NCBI GenBank assembly: GCA_022828145.1
Contig: JAJEJA010000088.1
Coordinates: 40,100 to 104,099, forward strand
Direction: 5' to 3'
Length of the DNA: 64,000 bases
DNA from: Candidatus Poribacteria bacterium
GTDB lineage: Bacteria; Poribacteria; WGA-4E; WGA-3G
Of this stretch, positions 1 to 9,348 are shown in pieces. How positions within the stretch are numbered: the first letter of the stretch is position 1; each line of letters starts with the position of its first letter. A model generated the notes under the pieces. It did not search any database and was not told the DNA's origin. It saw only the letters and a program-made list of their open reading frames with translations. A program made the translations under genes and the position numbers.

Positions 1-78
1 GATATTGCGTACTTTTTCTATAGGGTATTCGCGTGCCATCTATTTCCTTTTATGATCATACATTGGGACTGAATAATT

Positions 79-180
79 GTCCCGTAGGGATGCTAAGATC
101 TATAAACATATCGTCCCTACGGGACTAAAGATCCGTGTTCAACCGTGATCTATAAACATATCGTCCCTACGGGACTAAGA
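79..180. repeat. REP-like hairpin repeat cluster (GTCCC-GTA-GGGAC family): two full copies 50 bp apart plus one partial copy
   Basis: 'ctataaacatatcgtccctacgggactaa' occurs at 100-130 and 150-180, and a partial 'gtcccgtaggga' at 79-90. The same unit recurs in the opposite orientation at 57966-58184. Confidence 0.8.
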
Positions 181-191
181 AATGGACAATC

Positions 192-1193
192 CTACATATC
201 ACTGTTCCATTGAAGGACGACACCAAGTAATTCAGGATTCCATTCCATAAGCAGTTGATAGGCTTTCGGTGCATCGTGTCCTGCGAACCGATGGCTTATC
301 AACGGTGCAACGTTAAAACGTCCATTTGCGATAAGGGATAACATTAAACGTCCATCATCTTCACTGGTCCAGAAGTTCGGTGACGATTCTTGCCGTGGAC
401 GAATGGAATTGTGTGCACCGTAAAGGATAAGACCTTTCTTATGCACATCGCGATAGAAATTGACTTTCGGTGTTTCACCGCGTGTGCTTGCTAACAATAC
501 GACCCGCGCACCCCAACCTGCCACGTCTAACGCTGTGGTAATCGCATCAGGATGTCCTGTTGCTTCTATGACTACGGTAGGACCTTTCCCCATAGTGGCA
601 GCGGCTAGCTGTTCGGAGAAATCTGTATCTTCAGGATTTAACGTGAAGTCTGCACCGATGTCTTTAGATAGTTCCAAGCGACTATCTGTTAAATCTACTG
701 CAATTGCAGGTACTGCTCCGCTCAGTTTTGCGAGCTGCAACGCAAGTGAACCGATGAGACCTTGTCCGATGACGATTGTTGATTCCCCTAATTCTATTCG
801 TGCTTTTCTCACCCCTTGTAACGCTATTGCGCTGAGATTAAAGAAGACCAACTCTTCGGATGGCGCGTCGGATGGTTCTATCTTGAGTACGCGGCTCGGT
901 GATGTGACAAAGTGGCTGGTGTGTCCATGGGTTGAGGCAACACGGTCACCTACCGTATAACCAGTGACGTTTTTGCCAACCTCTACGACTTTGCCGATAT
1001 TGCTATACCCTGGACGTGATGGATATCCGCCGCGTGCGTTCGGAAGTGATAACAGAAATGCGCGTTCCGTGCCAGGACTAATCAGTGTGCATTCGGTTGC
1101 TATTAGAATTTCGTCATCCTTGATATTAGGTAGTTCAAACGCCTCAATGTCAACTATTGCACGTTCTGGCCAAATAACTCGTTGTGCTTTCAT
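192..1193 (-). CDS. MDR-family (zinc-type alcohol dehydrogenase-like) oxidoreductase
   Basis: 333-aa ORF with a GroES-like N-terminal part ('ISPGTERAF', 'GYSNIGKVVEVG', 'GDRV') and a Rossmann motif 'GQGLIGSLALQLAKLSGA'. I see no structural-zinc Cys cluster. Confidence 0.8.
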   Translation of the reverse strand: MKAQRVIWPERAIVDIEAFELPNIKDDEILIATECTLISPGTERAFLLSLPNARGGYPSRPGYSNIGKVVEVGKNVTGYTVGDRVASTHGHTSHFVTSPSRVLKIEPSDAPSEELVFFNLSAIALQGVRKARIELGESTIVIGQGLIGSLALQLAKLSGAVPAIAVDLTDSRLELSKDIGADFTLNPEDTDFSEQLAAATMGKGPTVVIEATGHPDAITTALDVAGWGARVVLLASTRGETPKVNFYRDVHKKGLILYGAHNSIRPRQESSPNFWTSEDDGRLMLSLIANGRFNVAPLISHRFAGHDAPKAYQLLMEWNPELLGVVLQWNSDM

Positions 1194-1322
1194 AAAAGTA
1201 TCACACCTTAAAAAGATGAAGGATAGTCGTTCTCAAGAGTATATCAGAAAAACGACTATCCTTCAAGTATTTTATTATCAATCTAACGTTGTCAGCAGTG
1301 TCCACGGTATGTCCACACCCAC

Positions 1323-2960
1323 CTATCTATCTGACGGTGCTATATTGGGTGTTATATTGAGTGTAACATAACCTGTTCCTTGTTGGTAGGGAGATTTGAC
1401 ATAGAGTAGAATACGCGTTTCATTATTCTGTTTAATTTTGTTGAGGATCATAGAATAAGCCTTAAAATCCTTAATAGTTGCATATTCCATTTCTTGAATG
1501 AGGTATCCGGGTTTGATACCTTTCCGTTCTGCGTCACTACCTTTTTCAACATGCGTTATGACAACACCCGTGTCATCCTCAGAGTACCCTAATTCTGTTG
1601 CGATTTCTGGGGTTAAGTCTTGGACTCTAAGTCCGGCAAAATTTACTCTGGGTTGTTCAAGGGATGCCACTGCCTTATCTGTTCGTTTACCTAATTTTAT
1701 AGTGAGTTGTTTTTGTTTACCATCACGCAAAACTTCAACTTTAACGGACTTTCCGATAGGCGTAGCTGCGACGGTATGTTTCAAGTGTGACAGGTTCTTG
1801 ACTTTATGTCCGTCAAACATTATGACGATATCGTCTTCTTGCAATCCACCTTTTTCTGCCGGACTATCTTGACCGACTCTTACTATTAGAACGCCTTCAG
1901 TTGAGTCCAAATTGTTTTTTTCAGCTAAATCTTGGTCAACGGCTTCCATTGTGATACCGAGCCACCCGCGTTCAACCTTTCCTGTTTCAATCAGTTCAGG
2001 TAAGAGTTGTTTAACAAGATTGCTTGGGAGTGCGAACCCTAAACCGATATTTCCTACAGATAATCCGCCCGTTGCAATATATGTATTTATTCCGACAAGT
2101 TCGCCACGGATGTTTATCAATGCCCCGCCACTGTTTCCCCGATTGATTGGTGCATCTGTCTGTATAAAGTTACCGTAATCTGTAATTCCTGGTCGTTCTT
2201 TTGCACTCACAATACCGCGTGTTACAGTTTGTGATAAGTTTAGGGGTGTTCCGATGGCGATCACCCATTCCCCGACTTCAAGACTATCTGAGTCACCGAA
2301 GGGGAGTACAGGGAGTCCTCTTTCATCAATTTTGATGACTGCCAGATCGGATCCGCCGCGTTTAACTTTTGCGTCATCTTGTCCGACTAACGTTGCTTCG
2401 TAGTTCTTGCCATCTGCCAGGGTGACAGTAATTTTATCCGCGCCCTTAATCACATGATTATTGGTGAGGATATACCCGTCTTCACTGACGATTACCCCTG
2501 AACCAACACCTGTAGTAGGTCTTGGAGGTGTAGGTGTACCTTCAGGATCCGTAGGATCACCGAAACGGAATCTAAACCACCAGGGGTCTATATCGAATTC
2601 GCGTCTAAACTCTTCCCTATCCATTCCTTCAGGTGGGATTATTCTAAACTCTTCCCTACCCATGCCTTCAGGTGGGATTATCCTGGATAGTCTCTGTTCC
2701 TCATCTCGTTCTATTTTTGTTGTTATTTGCACCACAGAGGACCGTGTCCGTGCTACCAAATTAATAAAAGCACGATTAGCCCGTTCCAGATATTGAAAAT
2801 CTTCAGCCTGTTCAAAAGTTTCGTTTGTTTGACCGGTAGCAGTTGGTACGACAAACTCGTTTGCACCTTGATTGATAATAAGCCCTGCTGCAACGGCAAG
2901 TCCTGCTACGACTAACAGAATTACGACGCGTCTGCGGTGTATGTGTCCTATATTTAACAT
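1323..2960 (-). CDS. htrA: HtrA/DegP-family periplasmic serine endoprotease with two PDZ domains
   Basis: 545-aa ORF with an N-terminal TM/signal segment 'VVILLVVAGLAVAAGLII'. S1C triad contexts are 'LTNNHVI' (His), 'DLAVIKI' (Asp) and 'GNSGGALIN' (Ser). Two PDZ-like segments begin at 'GWLGITM' and 'FAGLRVQDL'. Confidence 0.9.
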   Translation of the reverse strand: MLNIGHIHRRRVVILLVVAGLAVAAGLIINQGANEFVVPTATGQTNETFEQAEDFQYLERANRAFINLVARTRSSVVQITTKIERDEEQRLSRIIPPEGMGREEFRIIPPEGMDREEFRREFDIDPWWFRFRFGDPTDPEGTPTPPRPTTGVGSGVIVSEDGYILTNNHVIKGADKITVTLADGKNYEATLVGQDDAKVKRGGSDLAVIKIDERGLPVLPFGDSDSLEVGEWVIAIGTPLNLSQTVTRGIVSAKERPGITDYGNFIQTDAPINRGNSGGALINIRGELVGINTYIATGGLSVGNIGLGFALPSNLVKQLLPELIETGKVERGWLGITMEAVDQDLAEKNNLDSTEGVLIVRVGQDSPAEKGGLQEDDIVIMFDGHKVKNLSHLKHTVAATPIGKSVKVEVLRDGKQKQLTIKLGKRTDKAVASLEQPRVNFAGLRVQDLTPEIATELGYSEDDTGVVITHVEKGSDAERKGIKPGYLIQEMEYATIKDFKAYSMILNKIKQNNETRILLYVKSPYQQGTGYVTLNITPNIAPSDR

Positions 2961-3090
2961 GGTTTAATACCTCCGAAGTTAGTTTTAAAATGTAATATTG
3001 CGATTAGTCTTTATTTGTTTTTTATGTTTTCATCTAAAAACACACATAATAAGATTGAAAGTTGCAAAAAAAGTTCATAAAAATAGTTTT

Positions 3091-3459
3091 TTATTCACCA
3101 CGAGCGATTCTGTCCACATGTTCGCGTACAACGTTTTGAGGACAGGATTTGATAAATAACCAGGCTCCCGGCACAAGAATCACAAATGCCCCTATAAGAA
3201 TGTCGTCGAAGCGACCAATAATTGGCAGTATGAAATCAGCATCGAATGGATATATAAAGTATGCAATAGCAAAAGCAGCTGCGAGGATTTCAAAAACGAC
3301 AAGGATCGCCTTACGATAGATAGGCACGCGCTTATCACGGAATAGTCGCAACGTCAGCTTTATGAAGTTCGGAAAATGGAGAAAGATGCGTAAAAAACGA
3401 AATATACCCCGTCCTCTACTGCCGAAGAAAAATGGATTGATCATACTGTATATTAGCAA
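3091..3459 (-). CDS. DUF1232 (YkvA-like) small membrane protein
   Basis: 122-aa ORF with hydrophobic segments and the motif 'PFDADFILPIIGRFDDILIG', which resembles the DUF1232 signature (D-x-IP-x-IG-x-DD). Confidence 0.6.
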   Translation of the reverse strand: MLIYSMINPFFFGSRGRGIFRFLRIFLHFPNFIKLTLRLFRDKRVPIYRKAILVVFEILAAAFAIAYFIYPFDADFILPIIGRFDDILIGAFVILVPGAWLFIKSCPQNVVREHVDRIARGE

Positions 3460-3507
3460 AAATCATGTGTTTTATGCAAACGAATTTTTCCTTAAAGAAA
3501 TTATACC

Positions 3508-3536
3508 TTGACATCCACATTGTTTGCCATTATACT
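3508..3536 (+). promoter_or_regulatory. sigma70-like promoter for the 3572 gene
   Basis: TTGACA (3508-3513), 17-bp spacer, TATACT (3531-3536), lying 36 nt upstream of the start codon. Confidence 0.55.
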
Positions 3537-3571
3537 TACACAAACAGATTTTGAAAATAGAAGGAGTGAAT

Positions 3572-4339
3572 ATGGGAACTCAACTCGCAGCGCAACTCTA
3601 TACGCTTAGGGAATTTACGAAAACAGAGGAAGACATTGCGAAGACGATGAAAAAGGTCCGAGAGCTTGGGTACGAGGCTGTTCAATGTTCAGCACTTGGA
3701 CCGATTGAACCTGAAGCATTGAAAAACATTGTTGATAATGAAGGTATTACAATTTGTGCTACACACACAAGTTACGCAAAGATGCAGGATGAACCGCAAG
3801 CAGTGATCGATGAACATAATCTGTGGGGATGCAAACACGCAGCAATCGGTGGACTTCCCGGTGAATATCGCAGCACTGAAGGGTATTCCAAGTTTGCTAA
3901 GGAAGCTTCTTATGTTGGAAAACGTCTTGCTGAAGGGGGTTTGACCTTCTCGTATCACAATCACAGTTTTGAGTTGGAACGTTATGATGATGGACGTACT
4001 GGACTGCAGATTTTATATGAAGATAGCGATCCTGCGTATTTTAATAGTGAGATTGACACGTATTGGATTCAGCACGGTGGTGGCGATCCTGCGGAGTGGA
4101 TTCGTAAGTTGAAAGGGCGCGCGCACATTGTCCATCTCAAAGATATGGCAGTCGTGGGGAACTCACAACGTTATGCTGAAGTCGGTGAAGGAAACCTTAA
4201 CTGGACTGCTATTTTGGACGCCTGTGAATACGCAGAGGTTGAATGGTATATTGTTGAACAAGATTCCTGCTATGAACGGGACCCGTTTGAGAGTTTAGGT
4301 ATTAGTCTAAAAAATCTTCAAGAGATGGGTCTTTCGTAA
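3572..4339 (+). CDS. Sugar phosphate isomerase/epimerase (xylose-isomerase-like TIM barrel) family protein
   Basis: Based on ORF 3524-4339, with the start moved to ATG 3572, which follows 'aaggag' (3561-3566). 'AAQLYTLREF', 'YHNHSFE', 'VHLKD' and 'YIVEQD' are typical of this TIM-barrel family. Confidence 0.8.
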   Translation: MGTQLAAQLYTLREFTKTEEDIAKTMKKVRELGYEAVQCSALGPIEPEALKNIVDNEGITICATHTSYAKMQDEPQAVIDEHNLWGCKHAAIGGLPGEYRSTEGYSKFAKEASYVGKRLAEGGLTFSYHNHSFELERYDDGRTGLQILYEDSDPAYFNSEIDTYWIQHGGGDPAEWIRKLKGRAHIVHLKDMAVVGNSQRYAEVGEGNLNWTAILDACEYAEVEWYIVEQDSCYERDPFESLGISLKNLQEMGLS

Positions 4340-4377
4340 TATTGCATGGCGTAATTTACATTAATAGAGGAGATAAA

Positions 4378-5394
4378 ATGAAAGTAGCAGCAATGTTTGG
4401 TGAAGGTAAAGGTGGATTGGTTGACAAACCCGATCCTAAAGCTGGTGGAGATGTTGTTGTCGTTAAAATCCATGCTGTTCCGATGTGCACTGAATATAAA
4501 GGATTCAAAGCTGGTAATACAGGTGAACACTTCGGACACGAAGCAGCAGGTGAAGTTGTTGAAGTCGCACAACCCGGACGCGTAAAAGTAGGCGATCGTG
4601 TTGTTGTGCAACCACAAAATTCATGTGGTAAGTGTAATATGTGTGTTATCGGTGAGCATATCCACTGTATGGGAGGACGTAACAATCGGGAAATGGTAGA
4701 AGGGGATATCTTCGGGGCAACCTATGCACAATATATGCATAAGATGGAGGATCTCTTATTTCCTATTCCAGATGACATGAGTTATGCACACGGGGGGATG
4801 GCGTGTTGTGGCCTCGGACCTACATTTGGCGCAATGGAACAGATGGAGGTAGATGCGCTTGATACTGTCATGGTAACGGGTTTGGGCCCTGTCGGTTTAG
4901 GGGGTATCATCAATGCGAGTTATCGGGGTGCCCGTGTCATCGGCGTGGAGAGTCATCCGTATCGCGCAGAACTCGCCAAAAAGTTAGGGGCAGAGGTTGT
5001 GCTGAACCCGACTGATGAGGACATTCTCGGTCAAATACGGGAGCTGACAAACGGAATCGGTATAGACAAAGCAGTAGATTGCTCAGGTGCATCTGCAGCA
5101 CATCGGTTGATGGTTGATGCTGCCCGCAGAAAAGGACAAGTCACATTTGTTGGCGAAGGTGGCGAATTCCCACTCGCAGCAAGTAGAGATATGATTCGGA
5201 AAGGTCTGGTTTTGCGAGGTAATTGGCACTATAACCTCGGTTTCTTTCCTAAACTGATGAAGGTGATTAAAGAATCCACAGATAAGATTAACACGTATAT
5301 CACACATACATTCCCGATGCGTGATGTTCAGGAAGCCTGGGAATTACAAGCGACAGGTGAGTGTGGTAAGGTCGTCTTGGAACCGTGGGCGTAG
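4378..5394 (+). CDS. Zinc-dependent alcohol/polyol dehydrogenase (MDR family)
   Basis: Based on ORF 4342-5394, with the start moved to ATG 4378 after 'agaggag'. Catalytic-Zn context 'GHEAAGEVVEV', structural-Zn cluster 'CGKCNMCVIGEHIHC', Rossmann motif 'GLGPVGLGGI'. Confidence 0.85.
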   Translation: MKVAAMFGEGKGGLVDKPDPKAGGDVVVVKIHAVPMCTEYKGFKAGNTGEHFGHEAAGEVVEVAQPGRVKVGDRVVVQPQNSCGKCNMCVIGEHIHCMGGRNNREMVEGDIFGATYAQYMHKMEDLLFPIPDDMSYAHGGMACCGLGPTFGAMEQMEVDALDTVMVTGLGPVGLGGIINASYRGARVIGVESHPYRAELAKKLGAEVVLNPTDEDILGQIRELTNGIGIDKAVDCSGASAAHRLMVDAARRKGQVTFVGEGGEFPLAASRDMIRKGLVLRGNWHYNLGFFPKLMKVIKESTDKINTYITHTFPMRDVQEAWELQATGECGKVVLEPWA

Positions 5395-5414
5395 TGATCT
5401 GTCAATTTCTGTTT

Positions 5415-5450
5415 TGTATGTCGGGTTTTGCTACGCTCTACCCGACATAC
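5415..5450. repeat. Hairpin directly after the ADH stop codon (degenerate member of the GTCGGG/CCCGAC repeat family)
   Basis: 'gtatgtcgggt' (5415-5425) is complementary to 'acccgacatac' (5440-5450). It may act as a transcript-end hairpin, but no U-tract follows. Confidence 0.6.
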
Positions 5451-5521
5451 AAAAACTACCGACCTGGGGTAATACCGTTTCTTATGTAACGTGATTTGAT
5501 AAATCAGAACAAATAACTTAC

Positions 5522-5610
5522 GTAGGTTGGGTTGAGCAAAGCGAAACCCAACATCTCAACCCATTATAAAGCAATACATGTCGGGTTTCGTGCCTCTACC
5601 CAACCTACAA
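5522..5610. repeat. Inverted pair of REP-like elements (family 1, GTAG + GTTGGG...CCCAAC)
   Basis: 'gtaggttgggttgagcaaagcgaaacccaacat' (5522-5554) faces its inverted copy 'catgtcgggtttcgtgcctctacccaacctac' (5577-5608). Related to the elements at 33127-33252 and 34198-34373. Confidence 0.8.
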
Positions 5611-5711
5611 CGCATATTGCATTTAATTATCAAACTCACGTTATGTATAAACAAGTATTAGATAAAATGAACAGTGGCACCGCCACTGTGTTAGCCTCCT
5701 CAGCCTCAGCC

Positions 5712-6197
5712 TCAGCCGCCCGATGCCTGCTCAAGTTCTCTAATTTCAGGTTCTGGAGGGGCAACAGTGCTATCTGGATCTCCGAAAAGTAGCGCATAAC
5801 CCCCCTTACCAAACCATGAACCTAACGACAGGTGATAATCATCAATATCGTCGTGTGCTAAGAAATCTCCGCGTAATTTGTGATCGTGTCTTGCGAAGAA
5901 ATAGTGTCGATCACCGTTCCAATGCAGTTCTCCATTCATTGATATACGATAGGCGGTATTGGGGATTGGATCCATATCGTCGGGATGGACATACTCCAGT
6001 GGTATCTTTAGGGTTTCAATGAACTCTTGCACCGAACCACCTGCTTCAATGTAGGTGAGAATATCGTTCCAGTCAGCAAGACGAACACCTTCACCCAATT
6101 GCTCTTTGCATTCGGCTTTAAGATCTTCTGTCTCATCTAAATCGTGAGCAATGACGTGGAAGTTTTTGAAGCTTGCTGCGATTTTCCGTTTTGACAT
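5712..6197 (-). CDS. Hypothetical protein (no recognisable domain)
   Basis: 161-aa ORF of ordinary composition with 'agggagattcacctatg' providing an SD upstream. I recognise no motifs. Confidence 0.55.
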   Translation of the reverse strand: MSKRKIAASFKNFHVIAHDLDETEDLKAECKEQLGEGVRLADWNDILTYIEAGGSVQEFIETLKIPLEYVHPDDMDPIPNTAYRISMNGELHWNGDRHYFFARHDHKLRGDFLAHDDIDDYHLSLGSWFGKGGYALLFGDPDSTVAPPEPEIRELEQASGG

Positions 6198-6430
6198 AGG
6201 TGAATCTCCCTTTTGTGTTATATGAAATCGTTGATTTCAGTAATAATTTCTGTTAGAATTGAACGACAGTAGGATACCTAAAAATGGACGATTCACCTAT
6301 ACACTTTTTTGGATGCACTTTTATCCTACAAACTCAGTAAAAAGGTGAGTTTGCTCAAAATTGTCCATCCATCTGTAATATAGTGAACTTTAGAATTAAT
6401 ACAACACTTCTGTTTTACCGGATTTTGCAC

Positions 6431-6455
6431 GCACAATCTAACAGAATGTGCTACA
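6431..6455 (+). repeat. Single copy of the 'GCACAATCTAACAGAATGTGCTACA' dyad motif
   Basis: Exact match to the unit of the tandem arrays at 39572-39728 and 41398-41513. It sits about 40 nt upstream of the 6496 start codon. Confidence 0.8.
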
Positions 6456-6495
6456 GAAAATGTCTCATAAATTACAAGGAGCGATACATTGTACC

Positions 6496-9330
6496 ATGAA
6501 AACTGACAAAACCATCTCATATACTTTGCTGATCATCTTAGTATTTATAAGTGCGTGTTCCCTGACAAGATACAAACCCGTAAAGGAACAACAAACCCCA
6601 GCGACAACCGGCATGCGAACCGATCGGATAAAAGACAGTATCGTATTGATTGAGAATGGAAACATAAGGAATTACGGTTTTTTTGTTGGTGATGACAAGA
6701 TTGTTACGAACATACATGCTATTGCACACCTTGGTAATATCTCTATAAAATCGCTAAGCACTGAAAAAAAATGGAAAGTAGAAGGTATCTTGTCATTTGA
6801 TACGAAAAACAAGATTGTTGTTTTGAAAGTAGTAGGGAACAGCACTCCGTTGATTTTAGGTGATAGTAACACAATTGCGTTTGACCAGTCTGTCTATGTA
6901 CCGAATTATATTGATGAAGAAGTGATAGCGACTGAGGGGAGAATAATCAGTATCCGAGATGACAACAGATGGTTTAGAGTTAAGTCAGATACATCTAATA
7001 GGATAAATGGTAGTCCAGTGTTCAATAAGATGGGACAGGTCATCGGTGTAATTGTCCCCTATGGCAAAGTTAAATCAAGTTACGCTATTCCATCAACTGT
7101 GCTAATTCAACTGCTCAAAAAGTCTAACACTATAGAGTCTACTACAGAATGGCAGAAACGAACACTTGTTCGTTCGGAGGCACACTATATTTTAGGTTTT
7201 CAAGAACGGGATAACGACAGATTCAATGAAGCCATAGTTCACCTTGATAAGGCAATTATGCTGAATCCTGATTATAGCCAGGCGTATTTTGAACGTGGTT
7301 TAGCCTACTTCAATCTGGGTGACTTTGTGAATGCGATGGATGCCTTATCTAAAACCATAAGTATTGATCCACAAGATTCTGACGCATATACAAGTATAGG
7401 TGTAGTAAAATATCATTTTGGTAAAACCCAGGACGCTATTGTTGATTTAAATAGAGCCATCAAACTTGATCCCAGGAATGCACTTGCACTTAGCAATCTT
7501 GCTATGATGAAGGATGTTATTGCGGACCAGGAAATTAATCTTGGGAATGTTGATACAGCAATTGGCTTATATCAGGAAGCAATAGCGGACCTTGATAAAG
7601 CAATACAGATTATTCCAGATTATGCAACTGCTTATAACAATAGAGGCGTAGTAAGGTTAGCGCTTGATGATCATGACGCTGCATTGATTGATTTCAATTA
7701 CGCAATAACATATAAGCCTGAATATGCAACTGCTTATAGCAATCGTGCTACAATATGGAGTTATCAGGCAAAAACAGAGACTGACAAAGGTAATTCTAAG
7801 AAAGCATGGACACTGTATCAGAAAGCTGTAGCAGATTGTGATACTGCGATACAGATTGATGCAAAAAATGCCACTGCTTATAGTAATCGTGCAGCAGCAA
7901 AGGAAGGTCTTGGTATAAACGAATTCAAGACCGCATATACGCAGGAACAGAAGAGATTTTATCTGGATGCCATAGCAGATTGTAATAGGGCAATACAGAT
8001 AAAGTCTACACATGAAGAGGCTTTTGGCAATCGAGCGTCTTTAACCATTCTTATCGGTAATATTGAATATAAGATGGGTAACGAGAAGGAAGCGAAGAGA
8101 TTATATCGCAAAGCAATAGAAGATTGTGACAAAGCAATCGAGATTAACCCTTGGTTTGGTACAGCATTCAAAAATAGGGCAAACGCCAGGTGCAAACTTG
8201 CTTATACTGAAATTGAAAACGGTTATTCAGATAGAATACAAGACTTCTACAGACAAGGCATGAAGGACTACAGTAAATCAATCCAACTGAGCAATCTTAA
8301 GGATCTTTTCTCACATCAGGAATTCCAAATATCAGAGGATGTTAGTGATTCAACGGTCATGATACTGATCTGGTCTGGGGCCTTAGGAGAGTTCTCTGAG
8401 GGAAGCGGGTTCTTTGTTGATAAAGATAAGATTGTGACAAATATACATGTAATTGAAACAGCCAGCACCGTTTTTGTTAAACATAGAAAAGAAAAAGCAA
8501 ATAGGAAGATTGTCGGTGTTCAAGGATATGATGTTGAGAATGATCTTGTCGTTTTAAAACTTGCAGCTACAGGAATACCACTGTCTATTGGGGATAGTGA
8601 TAAAGCAAAAAAAGGCGATTCTATTTTTTCAATAGGATATATTGACAGCAAGTACAAAGTTGAGAAGGGAACTATTCATAGTATTCGTAATCACGATAAA
8701 TGGATACGTATGAATAAAAGGGGTGGTAATGGCGGTAGTGGTGGCCCCATTCTAAATGAGAACAATGAAGTCATAGGTGTTAGTGTGATGGGAGGTAGCA
8801 TCGGCGATGAACCATACAGCGTTGCCATACCTTCAAATACGGTCAAGTCATTAATTGCTTCAACAGGGTCAACAGTACCTATACGTGAGTGGCAGAATCA
8901 AGACAAAATCCAAGCATATACATACTACGAATTGGGGAAAGCAGAACTTGAAAATGAACTATATCAAGAAGCCATAGACTATTTTGATATATCAATAAAA
9001 CTATATCCAAAATATGTCTACGCTTATTACAGACGTGGTAGAGCAAAGTTTGCACTTGGTATGTATCGGGAGGCGATTGCAGACTATGATCAGGCTATGC
9101 AACTAAACCCAGAAATAGTCTACATAAGATGGCATCAAGCATTAGCAAAGTTCAACCATTATGACTATAAGGGAGCAATTGATGACTTTGATAAGGTAAT
9201 TGAATTATACCCAAAGTTTGCAAAGGCATACTACAAACGAGCAAAAGCAAAAGATGTTATTGGTCAAAGGGAAGACGCAAAAGCAGATTTTGAAATGGCT
9301 AAGACGTTAGATCCGAGTATAGGAGAGTAA
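6496..9330 (+). CDS. Lipoprotein with two trypsin-like (S1/Trypsin_2-type) domains separated and followed by TPR repeats
   Basis: Based on ORF 6448-9330, with the start moved to ATG 6496 after 'caaggag'. Lipobox 'VFISAC'. Protease-like domain 1 has 'GFFVGDDKIVTNIHAI', and domain 2 has 'GSGFFVDKDKIVTNIHVI', 'ENDLVVLKL' and 'GGSGGPIL'. Many 34-aa TPR units are present ('AIxDxxKAIxLxPxxAxAYxNRG'). Confidence 0.85.
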   Translation: MKTDKTISYTLLIILVFISACSLTRYKPVKEQQTPATTGMRTDRIKDSIVLIENGNIRNYGFFVGDDKIVTNIHAIAHLGNISIKSLSTEKKWKVEGILSFDTKNKIVVLKVVGNSTPLILGDSNTIAFDQSVYVPNYIDEEVIATEGRIISIRDDNRWFRVKSDTSNRINGSPVFNKMGQVIGVIVPYGKVKSSYAIPSTVLIQLLKKSNTIESTTEWQKRTLVRSEAHYILGFQERDNDRFNEAIVHLDKAIMLNPDYSQAYFERGLAYFNLGDFVNAMDALSKTISIDPQDSDAYTSIGVVKYHFGKTQDAIVDLNRAIKLDPRNALALSNLAMMKDVIADQEINLGNVDTAIGLYQEAIADLDKAIQIIPDYATAYNNRGVVRLALDDHDAALIDFNYAITYKPEYATAYSNRATIWSYQAKTETDKGNSKKAWTLYQKAVADCDTAIQIDAKNATAYSNRAAAKEGLGINEFKTAYTQEQKRFYLDAIADCNRAIQIKSTHEEAFGNRASLTILIGNIEYKMGNEKEAKRLYRKAIEDCDKAIEINPWFGTAFKNRANARCKLAYTEIENGYSDRIQDFYRQGMKDYSKSIQLSNLKDLFSHQEFQISEDVSDSTVMILIWSGALGEFSEGSGFFVDKDKIVTNIHVIETASTVFVKHRKEKANRKIVGVQGYDVENDLVVLKLAATGIPLSIGDSDKAKKGDSIFSIGYIDSKYKVEKGTIHSIRNHDKWIRMNKRGGNGGSGGPILNENNEVIGVSVMGGSIGDEPYSVAIPSNTVKSLIASTGSTVPIREWQNQDKIQAYTYYELGKAELENELYQEAIDYFDISIKLYPKYVYAYYRRGRAKFALGMYREAIADYDQAMQLNPEIVYIRWHQALAKFNHYDYKGAIDDFDKVIELYPKFAKAYYKRAKAKDVIGQREDAKADFEMAKTLDPSIGE

Positions 9331-9348
9331 TATCATTAGTGAAACTTG

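Noticed and set aside
5532-5792. 86-aa + strand ORF in the 5395-5711 intergenic region
   Set aside because: It is built from the REP pair ('VGFRASTQPT' is the typical spurious translation of such palindromes) and overlaps the 3' end of the 5712-6197 gene.
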